The position numbers and the translations under genes were made by a program. The notes beneath the pieces are model-generated. The model saw nothing but the letters and a program-made list of their open reading frames with translations. It searched no databases and was not told the origin of the DNA. Positions 41,101-48,718 of a stretch of 64,000 nt of DNA are shown here, in pieces; the stretch's first letter is position 1; the number at the start of each line of letters is the position of its first letter. Origin of the DNA: Planctomycetota bacterium (GTDB taxonomy: Bacteria > Planctomycetota > UBA8108 > UBA1146); NCBI GenBank assembly GCA_016776905.1, contig JADHSM010000011.1, positions 41,442 to 105,441 on the forward strand, read 5' to 3'.

Positions 41101-41674
41101 CGATACGCGAGATTCGAGGAATGACTACTGGCACAGGGCTGAGCAAAAGCGACTGACGGCGGAATCAATTCGAGATGGCATTTTGGTTACTTCTGGGGGT
41201 TGGGTTCCATCCTCTGGTGGTCCGCCAGTTCCAACCCATTTGAATGATTTTTTGACGGGTCGGGGGCGACCGGGACAGAGTGGTCCGCTCGATGGAGATG
41301 GAAGCCGCAGTTTGTATCTCGAAGTACGCCGCAATTTTCTGAATCCATTTTTTACAGTCTTCGATTTCCCGATTCCGGCAACAACGGTAGGGAAAAGAAC
41401 GGAGTCCAATGTTCCTGCACAAGCGCTCACTCTGATGAACTCCCCATTCGTTCATGAACAGGCCGAGCGTTGGGGGGGTGCTTTAAAAGAACTTTCTGAG
41501 ACGGTGGGGATCGACGGTGCGATCGATCATGCTTGGAAGCAGGCTTTGGGTCGTTGGCCATCGAAGCCAGAGAGACAGTTCGCTTTAGAGTTGATAGGTG
41601 CGGGAGGCCAAGAAGACTGGGCAGACTTGGCCCATACGATCTATCAGACGAAGGAGTTTCGTTTTGTCCGTTGA
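38114..41674 (+). CDS. PSCyt1-DUF1549-(jelly-roll insert)-DUF1553 family protein
   Basis: 1186-aa ORF. The N-terminus carries CFPCHG....ADLRLD (planctomycete cytochrome c motif). It also has FTRHWLDLVRYAETHG (DUF1549) and CARCHDHKFD (DUF1553). Confidence 0.85.
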   Translation: MTNHSILLLIPIFMTAIQQAPFVESVGVDFEREVRPLLARNCFPCHGNDSGTRKADLRLDDRDSATQIKGWKIPAISPGDAESSLLMHRIEDDSDPMPPEGHPRLKSEERDLLRRWINQGAEYSSHWSWQPLRDEQPLNSENSVWIRDPVDAYVLEGLKSQKISPAPEIDPLFWLRRVTFDLTGLPPSPAVVEEFSLNHGVEARKKYVELLLEDRGYAEHFTRHWLDLVRYAETHGHEFDYAVGPAHEYRDWVIQSIERDDPIDQFVKDQIAGDLVAAGQHSELESESARIRHAAAGTGWWWLSQATHGPVDVLGDTLNRVDNQIDVISRAFLGATVSCARCHDHKFDRISQADWTALSGIVRSTRRVVHPWDRNGEIHQRISELKPLMGTLSAALEQGMTLQETLPLASWMLAAKALRDVMPDQGEKMRSDILLQSFEDGWSDWVVEGDAFGKSPHHRRDLIEEQSDFLQGENLATSHDRRQGNEEGQDGSDLGPSSDLRKGRLISPQFELNRDYLTFFISGGNHGSDTCVRLIVDGQVIKQASGNQQTRMDPVRWDVADKNGKSARIEVIDDHEGGWGHITCDHFVLTDVPPKGMPTRQQLTRRAKAEGIDKEILKEWVRLWPQVIEGHPVGRALSKDDVLISNCESSEGWTLDGPAFDDLEPGDWTLIGMPRFQGGHSLHSAAISRALRGTALSRNFLAERRFLHVGVQGEDCQVRVSIEGYWMNQHNALLFENFIQPVQSLDRWQHMIFDLERYQGRNIHVEIHDPGDGWVSVDRVWLSDDRSAGGPGPDWSVLNNPGLTTSELLSDPSRLERLLTLGLLDPSRWGEAWNAAVYKAVIAYRDVASKIPDPTMVLACSDAPVGFDVPIQIRGESGKVGELVSRGAIKALGQNDRFADELQGSGRWELAQWVTSPENPLFWRVQANRIWKWVMGKGLVSTPDDMGMMGTAPQNQRLLDHLALRLSRNASRKELIRDLVLSSTYAMDSLHPDPDVDTRDSRNDYWHRAEQKRLTAESIRDGILVTSGGWVPSSGGPPVPTHLNDFLTGRGRPGQSGPLDGDGSRSLYLEVRRNFLNPFFTVFDFPIPATTVGKRTESNVPAQALTLMNSPFVHEQAERWGGALKELSETVGIDGAIDHAWKQALGRWPSKPERQFALELIGAGGQEDWADLAHTIYQTKEFRFVR

Positions 41675-43109
41675 AAATGAATGTTCCGGATCTAGACCTG
41701 TGATCAACAGGCGTGAAATGCTTTCTCACTGTGCTCAGGGTTTTGGTGCGGTGGCGTTGTCGACATTGCTGGGTGATCAACTCTTGGCGGGGAATGATCC
41801 CATGTCCAAGGGAGCGCTGGATGTCGGTGGAGTCGCAGCAAGTCATATCCCACCGCGGGCACGATCCGTCATATTCCTTTACATGGATGGTGGCCCGAGT
41901 CAGGTGGATACATTCGATCCCAAACCTGCCCTTGAAAAATATGATGGGCAACCGTTCCCAGATAAAATGGAACGTACCCAATTCAATAGTGCCGGAAATA
42001 TATTGCGATCTCCTTGGGAGTTTCAACGCTATGGGGAATGTGGACATTCGATCAGTGCCCTGTTCCCAAACGTGGCGAAAAATGCTGACGATCTATTAGT
42101 GATTCGATCGATGACGAGCAAGTTCAGTGAGCATACGAATGCAAACTACTTTTTGCATACCGGATTAGGTCTTTCGGGTAGGCCCAGCATGGGGGCATGG
42201 GTGAGCTACGGGTTGGGGAGTCTGAATCAGGATCTCCCGGGCTTCGTGGTCGTCAATGGCGGATTGGTTCCTCCTGGTGGGGTCGACTGTTTTTCGAGTG
42301 CTTTTCTGCCAGCGAGTCATCAGGGTTCCATCGTTCTTCCCCGGGAAGAAGCGTTGGCCAACATCCGTATTCGCGAGGGGGAAGAGCGACAGCGACGCAA
42401 ATTAGATTTGCTCGCCCGACTGGATCACCTCGGTCTCGAATCTGCGGGACAAACAGAGGTGATGGAGGGAGCCATTGCGCAAGGCGAGTTGGCGTATCGA
42501 ATGCAAACCTCGGTTCCCGAGTTCTCTGATATTTCTGGGGAGTCGGAAGAGGTTCACGAACTTTATGGTCTCGATCATGAATACGAACCGACGCGTATTT
42601 TTGCTCGCGAGTGTCTTCTCGCCCGCCGTCTCGTCGAGCGTGGAGTACGCTTCGTTGAGTTGACCTGTCCCTACGTGGGGACCGATCGTTGGGATCAGCA
42701 CAGCAATCTCAAGGATGGCCATGAGAAGAATGCCCGTGCCGTCGATCAGCCGATCGGAGCCTTGCTGACCGACCTCAAGCGTCGTGGTTTGTTGGAAGAC
42801 ACTCTCGTGGTTTGGGCTGGAGAGTTTGGTCGCACACCCTTTGCTCAGGACAGGGATGGTCGCGATCACAACCCATATGGTTACACCATCTGGATGGCAG
42901 GGGCGGGGGTTCGAGGGGGGCATGTCCATGGAGCGACGGATGATTTTGGTTATCGTGCCGTCGAAAAACCCGTCGAGGTTCATGACCTACACGCGACGAT
43001 GTTGCATCTTCTTGGAACCGATCACACCCAACTGACCCAACTCTTCGGCGGCCGTGAGCAGAGACTGACCGATGTTCATGGACACGTTCAACACGAATGG
43101 CTCGCTTGA
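41664..43109 (+). CDS. DUF1501 family protein (sulfatase-like fold) with a Tat-type signal
   Basis: Contains NRREMLSHCAQGFGAVALSTLLG, FLYMDGGPSQVDTFDPKP and GRDHN. I place the start at TTG 41664, which follows the SD sequence GAAGGAG. The track start at 41598 would overlap the upstream gene by 77 nt. Confidence 0.85.
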   Translation: MSVENECSGSRPVINRREMLSHCAQGFGAVALSTLLGDQLLAGNDPMSKGALDVGGVAASHIPPRARSVIFLYMDGGPSQVDTFDPKPALEKYDGQPFPDKMERTQFNSAGNILRSPWEFQRYGECGHSISALFPNVAKNADDLLVIRSMTSKFSEHTNANYFLHTGLGLSGRPSMGAWVSYGLGSLNQDLPGFVVVNGGLVPPGGVDCFSSAFLPASHQGSIVLPREEALANIRIREGEERQRRKLDLLARLDHLGLESAGQTEVMEGAIAQGELAYRMQTSVPEFSDISGESEEVHELYGLDHEYEPTRIFARECLLARRLVERGVRFVELTCPYVGTDRWDQHSNLKDGHEKNARAVDQPIGALLTDLKRRGLLEDTLVVWAGEFGRTPFAQDRDGRDHNPYGYTIWMAGAGVRGGHVHGATDDFGYRAVEKPVEVHDLHATMLHLLGTDHTQLTQLFGGREQRLTDVHGHVQHEWLA

Positions 43110-43113
43110 GGGG

Positions 43114-43878
43114 CTATTGCCCCCCATTTTGTTCTTCAGCGATAGTTTCTTTGCCGGCTCCTGCGATGCCGTAGCCCATTCGTTGGGTACCCTCTGTTCC
43201 GATCATGATTTCACCGAGTTGTAACATTTCATTACCATTGAGGAAGGTTCCCAGTTCCTGGATGGTCTCTCCCCCGACGCTTTTAATCTCCCCCATCAAG
43301 GCACGTTCTTCCTCTTGGGTGAGATCCAAGGCGAGTTGGGCTGTCAGTTCATCCATGACGCTCCAACCGTCTTCTAGGGTTTGTTCCAGTTGTCGCTGTC
43401 GAACGGCATCAAGAGACATCTTGTCAGTGACACTTTGATAAACTTGGGGCAGTCCGTCGCCATATGAATTAGTGAACTTGGCGAACCCGGCAAGAGTGCT
43501 TTCGCGTTTGGCTTCGCGCTGGGCCTTACGGACCATATCGATGCCTTGCTCGTCGAGGACCGCCTGAACTGCTTTTTCGACACGGGCGTCGATCTCTTCT
43601 TCTGCTGCAAGGTTCTTTTGACCGGTGGAGGAGAGTTTGCCCTGGGTCTTGGCGAGGATGGCTTTTTCCTGAATTTCGAGGGCATCGACTCTGGCCTGGA
43701 GAGTGATCAATTCCGCTTTCCATTCTCGTAGGGATTTCTCAACTTCCGTGTTGTCGATGAGGGTCTCCTGTTGAGCTTTAGAAATCGGAGGCTTTTCAAT
43801 ATTGCGCTGTGAATTCCAGAGAGAAATTCCACTGAAGATGACTGCAAGAATCACCAAAGATTTGAAGAGAGGCGTCAT
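43114..43878 (-). CDS. membrane-anchored coiled-coil protein, unknown function
   Basis: 254-aa ORF with an N-terminal TM segment followed by heptad-like, Glu/Lys/Gln-rich sequence. Confidence 0.55.
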   Translation of the reverse strand: MTPLFKSLVILAVIFSGISLWNSQRNIEKPPISKAQQETLIDNTEVEKSLREWKAELITLQARVDALEIQEKAILAKTQGKLSSTGQKNLAAEEEIDARVEKAVQAVLDEQGIDMVRKAQREAKRESTLAGFAKFTNSYGDGLPQVYQSVTDKMSLDAVRQRQLEQTLEDGWSVMDELTAQLALDLTQEEERALMGEIKSVGGETIQELGTFLNGNEMLQLGEIMIGTEGTQRMGYGIAGAGKETIAEEQNGGQ

Positions 43879-43983
43879 CTGAGTTCCTAAACATCGCTAC
43901 ATGAGTTGTCGAATACGAGGATCTTTAAGATGCGACGCTCTGTCGTATATGTCAAGCCCGATGGACGCCTTTTGTCGTAGAGG

Positions 43984-45498
43984 TCAGTTTGTGGGTATTG
44001 AGGTGGTTTTACGCCCCCAGAGACTCGTTCCCCATGTGACCGCCAACGACACGAGGAAACCGGGTAATAGGCTGTAGAGTCGTAATCCCGGAATGATCTG
44101 AGTCAGTTGATCATTCGCTTCCAGATTTTCCCAACAGAGAACGGTGATCAGTCCAGAGATCATGCCCCCCAGCACACCGTTTCGGGTGACTCCTGACCAG
44201 TGCAAGCAGAGTAAGAGGGCGGGGCCAAAGGCGGCTCCGAGTCCAGCCCAGGCGAAGAGGACCTTTTTGAAGATGGTGGAGTCTGATTGGAACGAGAGAG
44301 CAAAAGCCAATAAACCTACGATCAGCGTCACGATTCTTCCCACCTTGACCAATTTTTCATCACTGGCTTCGGGGTCGATCTCTTGATGATAGATGTCTTC
44401 AGTAAAGGAAGAAGAGGTGACCAATAGCTGGGAATCCGCAGTCGACATCATCGCTGCGAGAGCTCCACAGATCACAAGCCCCGCTAACCAGCCAGGAAAT
44501 ACGGCTTGGGCAAAACCCGGCATCATCTGTTCTGTATCTGTGAAAGCGTGGGCTCCGAACCATGCGATGGCTGCGATGCCCATCAATACGGCACCTCCAT
44601 AGGTCAAGCCTCCATAAATGATTGCGATGGTACGAGCAGGTGCTGTTTCTTGGGCAGAATTGATGCTCATGTACCGGACTGCCAAATGAGGCTGGCCCAT
44701 ATACCCCAAACCGATGGCAAACCCGCTCAGAATCCCTGAAACCAGAACCCAAGAACTTCGTCCGCCGGTAAAGGAGAGCAGCTCGGGATCGATGACGTTG
44801 ATCTTCTGCACCATCTCGGAAAATCCACCGAGTTCAAAAATGGCGACCAGCGGTAAAGCCACCAGAGTGATCAGCATCAGCCAACCCTGAATGAAATCGG
44901 TCCAGGCGACTGCAAGAAAGCCACCCAGTAGGGTATAGGCCACGATCACTCCTGCGCCGAGTGCGGTCCCGATCCAAGGTTCCCAACCAAACGTTCCCTG
45001 AAGAGCCTTCCCGGCAGCAACGAATTGGGCACTGACGTAAAAGGTGAAACAAAAAGCGACGATGGCTGTGGAGACAAGGCGGAGGAGGGGGTCACGTTTT
45101 TTTACGGAGTTCTCGGAGAGTTTCGCTTCGAAAAATCGTGGAAGAGTCAGGGCCTTGAATCGTTCACTTTCTGTACGGAGGGGGCGGGCAATCAGTGCCC
45201 ATGAGGCCGACAGTCCCGCCACTCCACCTAAGAGTGTCCAGAATGCCGGCGCGAGTTGTTCTCCGCTCGGATCACCGAGTCCTGTGGCGTATGCCAAACC
45301 GGTGAGCCCTAATAGAAGCCAGCCACTTTCTCCCGAGGCCCTTTCGGAAAAAGCCACGACCCAAGGTCCCAGTTTTCTTCCGGCGAGGAGAAAGTCAGGG
45401 AGGTTTTGGGTTTTCTTTGAACAGAGATAAGCAACGACAAGCAGCCCTGCCAGATAAAGAATGAATCCAGTCGCGAGTGGTGTCATCCGAGTCTCCAT
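43984..45498 (-). CDS. sodium:solute symporter family transporter (PutP-like)
   Basis: Contains DFLLAGRKLGPWVVAFSERASGESGWLLLGLTG and about 13 TM segments, following the SSF signature pattern. Confidence 0.85.
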   Translation of the reverse strand: METRMTPLATGFILYLAGLLVVAYLCSKKTQNLPDFLLAGRKLGPWVVAFSERASGESGWLLLGLTGLAYATGLGDPSGEQLAPAFWTLLGGVAGLSASWALIARPLRTESERFKALTLPRFFEAKLSENSVKKRDPLLRLVSTAIVAFCFTFYVSAQFVAAGKALQGTFGWEPWIGTALGAGVIVAYTLLGGFLAVAWTDFIQGWLMLITLVALPLVAIFELGGFSEMVQKINVIDPELLSFTGGRSSWVLVSGILSGFAIGLGYMGQPHLAVRYMSINSAQETAPARTIAIIYGGLTYGGAVLMGIAAIAWFGAHAFTDTEQMMPGFAQAVFPGWLAGLVICGALAAMMSTADSQLLVTSSSFTEDIYHQEIDPEASDEKLVKVGRIVTLIVGLLAFALSFQSDSTIFKKVLFAWAGLGAAFGPALLLCLHWSGVTRNGVLGGMISGLITVLCWENLEANDQLTQIIPGLRLYSLLPGFLVSLAVTWGTSLWGRKTTSIPTN

Positions 45499-45879
45499 CG
45501 TCTCATTGAAAAATATGGCTTCGTTTCAAGGGCGTAACGATGGACACACAGTCACCGCAATATCGCTCTCTCACAAGGGAGATCCGAGGCCGATAATGCT
45601 ATCTCGGGTTCTCGGTAGTTTCCGCGACCGGCAATTCATAACTGGCTGTGAGAGACGTGTATGGACTCGGTACGTTGAGATCTGGTGAACGGCAGTTGAG
45701 CTCTTCATGGGATTGGAAATAGATGACTATTGAATCCGGGATTCATAAACAAGCACAATATGTTGTAGATCGCTGACGGGGAAGAATCTGAGGGACCGAA
45801 CGCCGTCGGGCCGGAAGGTTGTCAGAGGTCAGAGTCGGAAATCACCGGCTCGCCATCCGGTTACGGGTGGTCAAAAGAA

Positions 45880-46218
45880 GTGGGGGATCGAGACATGCAG
45901 GACAAGATCATAGGAATCGCCGTTTTTCTGGTGGTTGGAATATTGATGGTTGGATTCGGAAGCCCAGACACAGATTGGCTGGCAACTGCCAAAGATGGGT
46001 TGACGAATCCAACGACATGGGCTGCGGCTATTGTCGCACTCGCCGTCGCTAGAATGGCGATGGGTGTCTACACCGGAGGCGGACTGAATGCCGACGATGT
46101 TAAAGGGGCCATATTATTGGTCTTACTCGCGATGATGGTGGCTGGAACCTTCCCCATGGACAACTGGGGAGCCTGGCTAGGTACAGCATGGATACTCACA
46201 GGTGGTCTTCGAATTTAA
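45880..46218 (+). CDS. small membrane protein, unknown function
   Basis: 112-aa ORF with three or four TM segments, followed by a terminator. Confidence 0.5.
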   Translation: MGDRDMQDKIIGIAVFLVVGILMVGFGSPDTDWLATAKDGLTNPTTWAAAIVALAVARMAMGVYTGGGLNADDVKGAILLVLLAMMVAGTFPMDNWGAWLGTAWILTGGLRI

Positions 46219-46240
46219 AGAAACTGATTTGACAGAATTG

Positions 46241-46281
46241 GGGCGTCAGGGGGCTTTCCACCCTGACGCCTCTTTTCTTTT
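46241..46281 (+). terminator. rho-independent terminator
   Basis: GGCGTCAGGG...CCCTGACGCC forms a 10-bp stem and is followed by TCTTTTCTTTT. Confidence 0.8.
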
Positions 46282-46403
46282 GTCAAACCGTCATGAGATG
46301 GGGGAGCTGGCCATGAATTTCATGTACTTCCCCTCCATAAGCATGACTATGAAATCTCACTGCATCACCCGATGTTCATCTGTAGAAGAGTGAAGGAGTA
46401 TTT

Positions 46404-46775
46404 ATGCGACTCATCATCGAAACCACGGCTGTATTCATGTTGCTGATCCTTCTGCTGGGAGGCACGGGTTGCCAAAAGACAATTCGCAGCGACGAAGTCG
46501 TTTCCAATTCGGAGACTCCTGTGCAAAAGCTGGTTGTTGAAAAGGGCAATTACCTCGACCTACGATTGCCTCCACCGGCCATAGGTCGTTGGTGGGCTGT
46601 CGAAAAAGGGGATCGCCCCTACCTGCATCCGAAGCTTGAAAGAGATCAGGGAATGATTCGTCTCCTCGCGGTGAAACCCGGCAAGACCCGTGTGACTTGC
46701 GTCCTCACAGATAGGAATCGATTCAAGTACCGTAAGGTGGTCGTGGATGTGGAAATACTTCCTCAACCGGAGTGA
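46404..46775 (+). CDS. putative lipoprotein, unknown function
   Basis: 123-aa ORF with a signal peptide ending in the lipobox-like LLGGTGC. The SD sequence AAGGAG lies upstream. Confidence 0.55.
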   Translation: MRLIIETTAVFMLLILLLGGTGCQKTIRSDEVVSNSETPVQKLVVEKGNYLDLRLPPPAIGRWWAVEKGDRPYLHPKLERDQGMIRLLAVKPGKTRVTCVLTDRNRFKYRKVVVDVEILPQPE

Positions 46776-46876
46776 ACACCGGCGCGAGCACTAAAGAAAG
46801 CACTTAAGAAAGCATCCAGACGACGGTGAACTCGGGAATGTGGCTTTTTGAAGTTCCGTTTAAACGAGTTGTCGTT

Positions 46877-48133
46877 TTATGGAGTGGGTGGTTTGATCCA
46901 GTCGGCGCCATAAACGTCGACGAATGCCGGTGCCAACTTTGACGAGGGCGAATCCCCCGTCATCTCCAGAAACCATCCGACTCTGGCGGGTTTGACTTCT
47001 GTGATACCGCGGCGACCATTCAGTCCACTTCCACCCCACACTTTTCCGGACACAGCGGCTTCGAAACTCTCGAAGCGTAAGGATGTAGAGTTCCAAGTGG
47101 CAATTCCTACCAGCTCGGCGCTCACTCCCCGGGTTCGACTCGGGAAGTGTTTCCAATCCGTTTCTCCCAGCTTATAGACGCCATCACTTTCAGATCGAAA
47201 CTCTCCTGATAGCAATAGTGTGACTTTGTCCGCTTCACGATCCCCAACAGTGATGGTCACTTCTGCCTTTTCGATATCTTCTGGAGAGAAGGGACCTTCT
47301 TGGCCGGAGACATTATCGACGATATGGAAACGAGCCAACCGCATGGCGAGTCCGGCGGGAAGTGAGTGAACCTGTCCCGATTTGAGAGAGGTGGGAATCC
47401 ACTCTTTCAACTCGGAGTGATGGAACCAAATGTGATCTCGATTCCAGCGCCCGCGTGTCTCTGATCTGAGACCTTTCTCCGGCAAATCTCTGGAGGTACT
47501 GCGGAGCACCAGGCCGTCCGAGGGATAGAAGAGCTCCCAACGATGCGCCGGTTCATAAATGAAAGGATCGATGGGAAGACGTTCCTCAGCGGGCAAAGCC
47601 TCCCATGCTGCGAGTCCCTTCTCTAACAAGATGAGAGCTTTATCTGCTTGGAGAGTATTTTGTCGGACGAGCAATTTCCCCGATGGACTAAAGATATACA
47701 GGCCTTGCCAAGAACCGCCAATCGGGGTGGTTCTCCCTGCCACCTGCTGTCGAAAAAACTGGCATTCCTTGTCGGGGTGTCGTTGAAGTCTCCAGACTTC
47801 ATCTGTTGCGGGAGTGAATGAGAGTACTTTCTCGATGACTCGAGGATCGTTCCAGACGGACCGCCGGCCCGCCACTCCATTGCCTCAGGTGCAGCCGAGA
47901 GGATGCCCATTCATGAGCCAGAGCAGCATCGGCTTCCCTTCTTCACCGGCCTTTTTTAGGCCTTCATGAAGACTGGTATGCCATGGGATCGTCAACCAGC
48001 GATCTTCTGGGCCAGGCTCGATCGCCTGTTTCCAGTTTTTAAGTGGCTGCTCCTCTAGAGAACAGACGGGATCATCTGAAGAGATGGGAATCAAACACAC
48101 GTTGAGAAGGAGCAGTATCGATAGGGGTGTCAT
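46877..48133 (-). CDS. secreted thioredoxin-fold protein with an in-frame UGA (candidate selenocysteine at 47885-47887) and a ~330-aa C-terminal domain of unknown function
   Basis: Track ORFs 47885..48265 and 46877..47875 share a frame. Read-through gives GKPMLLWLMNGHPLGCT-U-GNGVAGRRSVWNDPRV. The signal peptide MTPLSILLLLNVCLIPISS starts at ATG 48133, after GGAGGA. A hairpin lies 11 nt 3' of the UGA. Confidence 0.55.
47855..47873 (-). promoter_or_regulatory. SECIS-like hairpin candidate downstream of the in-frame UGA
   Basis: The mRNA can fold as GGCGGGCC-GGC-GGUCCGUC, with 8 pairs including 2 G-U. The hairpin starts 11 nt after the UGA. Confidence 0.4.
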
Positions 48134-48243
48134 GAGTCCTCCGCGTATATTGATGAGCCAGTCATTCCCCATCGTGCCAGTAGATCGGGTCTTTTGCCAC
48201 CCGGATGACGTTAGTATGTGACAAAAATGAGAGGAGTGTAGAT

Positions 48244-48618
48244 ATGCCAAGACATATATCAGCACCTACCGTCGTCGAATCTGTGGGAAACCTTCCCAAG
48301 CGTATCGAGGAATATATTGGACGGGTGAATTCCGGAGATAGCAGCGCTAGCGTGGCGAGAATGGTATCGCCTTCCGGGTGGGAAGAACCAGGGCAAAAGC
48401 CCCTTTTTGATGAGATGACTCTGGTTCTCAAGGGGGCTCTCAAGGTCGAGTCGGAAGAGGGTAGTTTTGACGTTTCTGCGGGGCAAGCCATCATCGTTAA
48501 AGCCGGTGAATGGGTTCGTTACAGTAGCCCGGGTGCTGAGGGGGCGGAATACGTTGCGATTTGTATTCCCGCATTTTCCCCAGAGACGGTGCAGCGTGAT
48601 GATGCACAAGATGGATAG
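48244..48618 (+). CDS. cupin domain protein
   Basis: Shows the small beta-barrel pattern ...ARMVSPSGWEEPGQKPLFDEMTLVLKGALKVESEEGSFDVSAGQAIIVKAGEWVRYS. The ATG at 48244 follows GAGAGGAG. Confidence 0.7.
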   Translation: MPRHISAPTVVESVGNLPKRIEEYIGRVNSGDSSASVARMVSPSGWEEPGQKPLFDEMTLVLKGALKVESEEGSFDVSAGQAIIVKAGEWVRYSSPGAEGAEYVAICIPAFSPETVQRDDAQDG

Positions 48619-48658
48619 GGCTCCGCTGGGCTGGTTATAGATCCTCGTCGTGAGAATT

Positions 48659-48701
48659 GAAAAAAGGAGGCGAGGGGCAAACCCTCACCTCCTTTATTTT
48701 T
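48659..48701. terminator. bidirectional rho-independent terminator between convergent genes
   Basis: AAAAAA-AGGAGGCGAGGG-gcaaa-CCCTCACCTCCT-TTATTTTT. The 12-bp stem has one C-A mismatch on the plus strand, which becomes a G-U pair on the minus strand. Confidence 0.75.
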
Positions 48702-48718
48702 CACATGACTATCGGAGT

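Noticed and set aside
41427-42047. 206-aa minus-strand ORF antisense to the DUF1553/DUF1501 junction
   Set aside because: It is fully overlapped by two strongly supported plus-strand genes and has no motifs.
47131-47145. tRNA T-arm-like string GGGTTCGACTCGGG
   Set aside because: It lies inside the coding region of the thioredoxin-fold gene. No acceptor, D-arm or anticodon-arm context could be folded around it.
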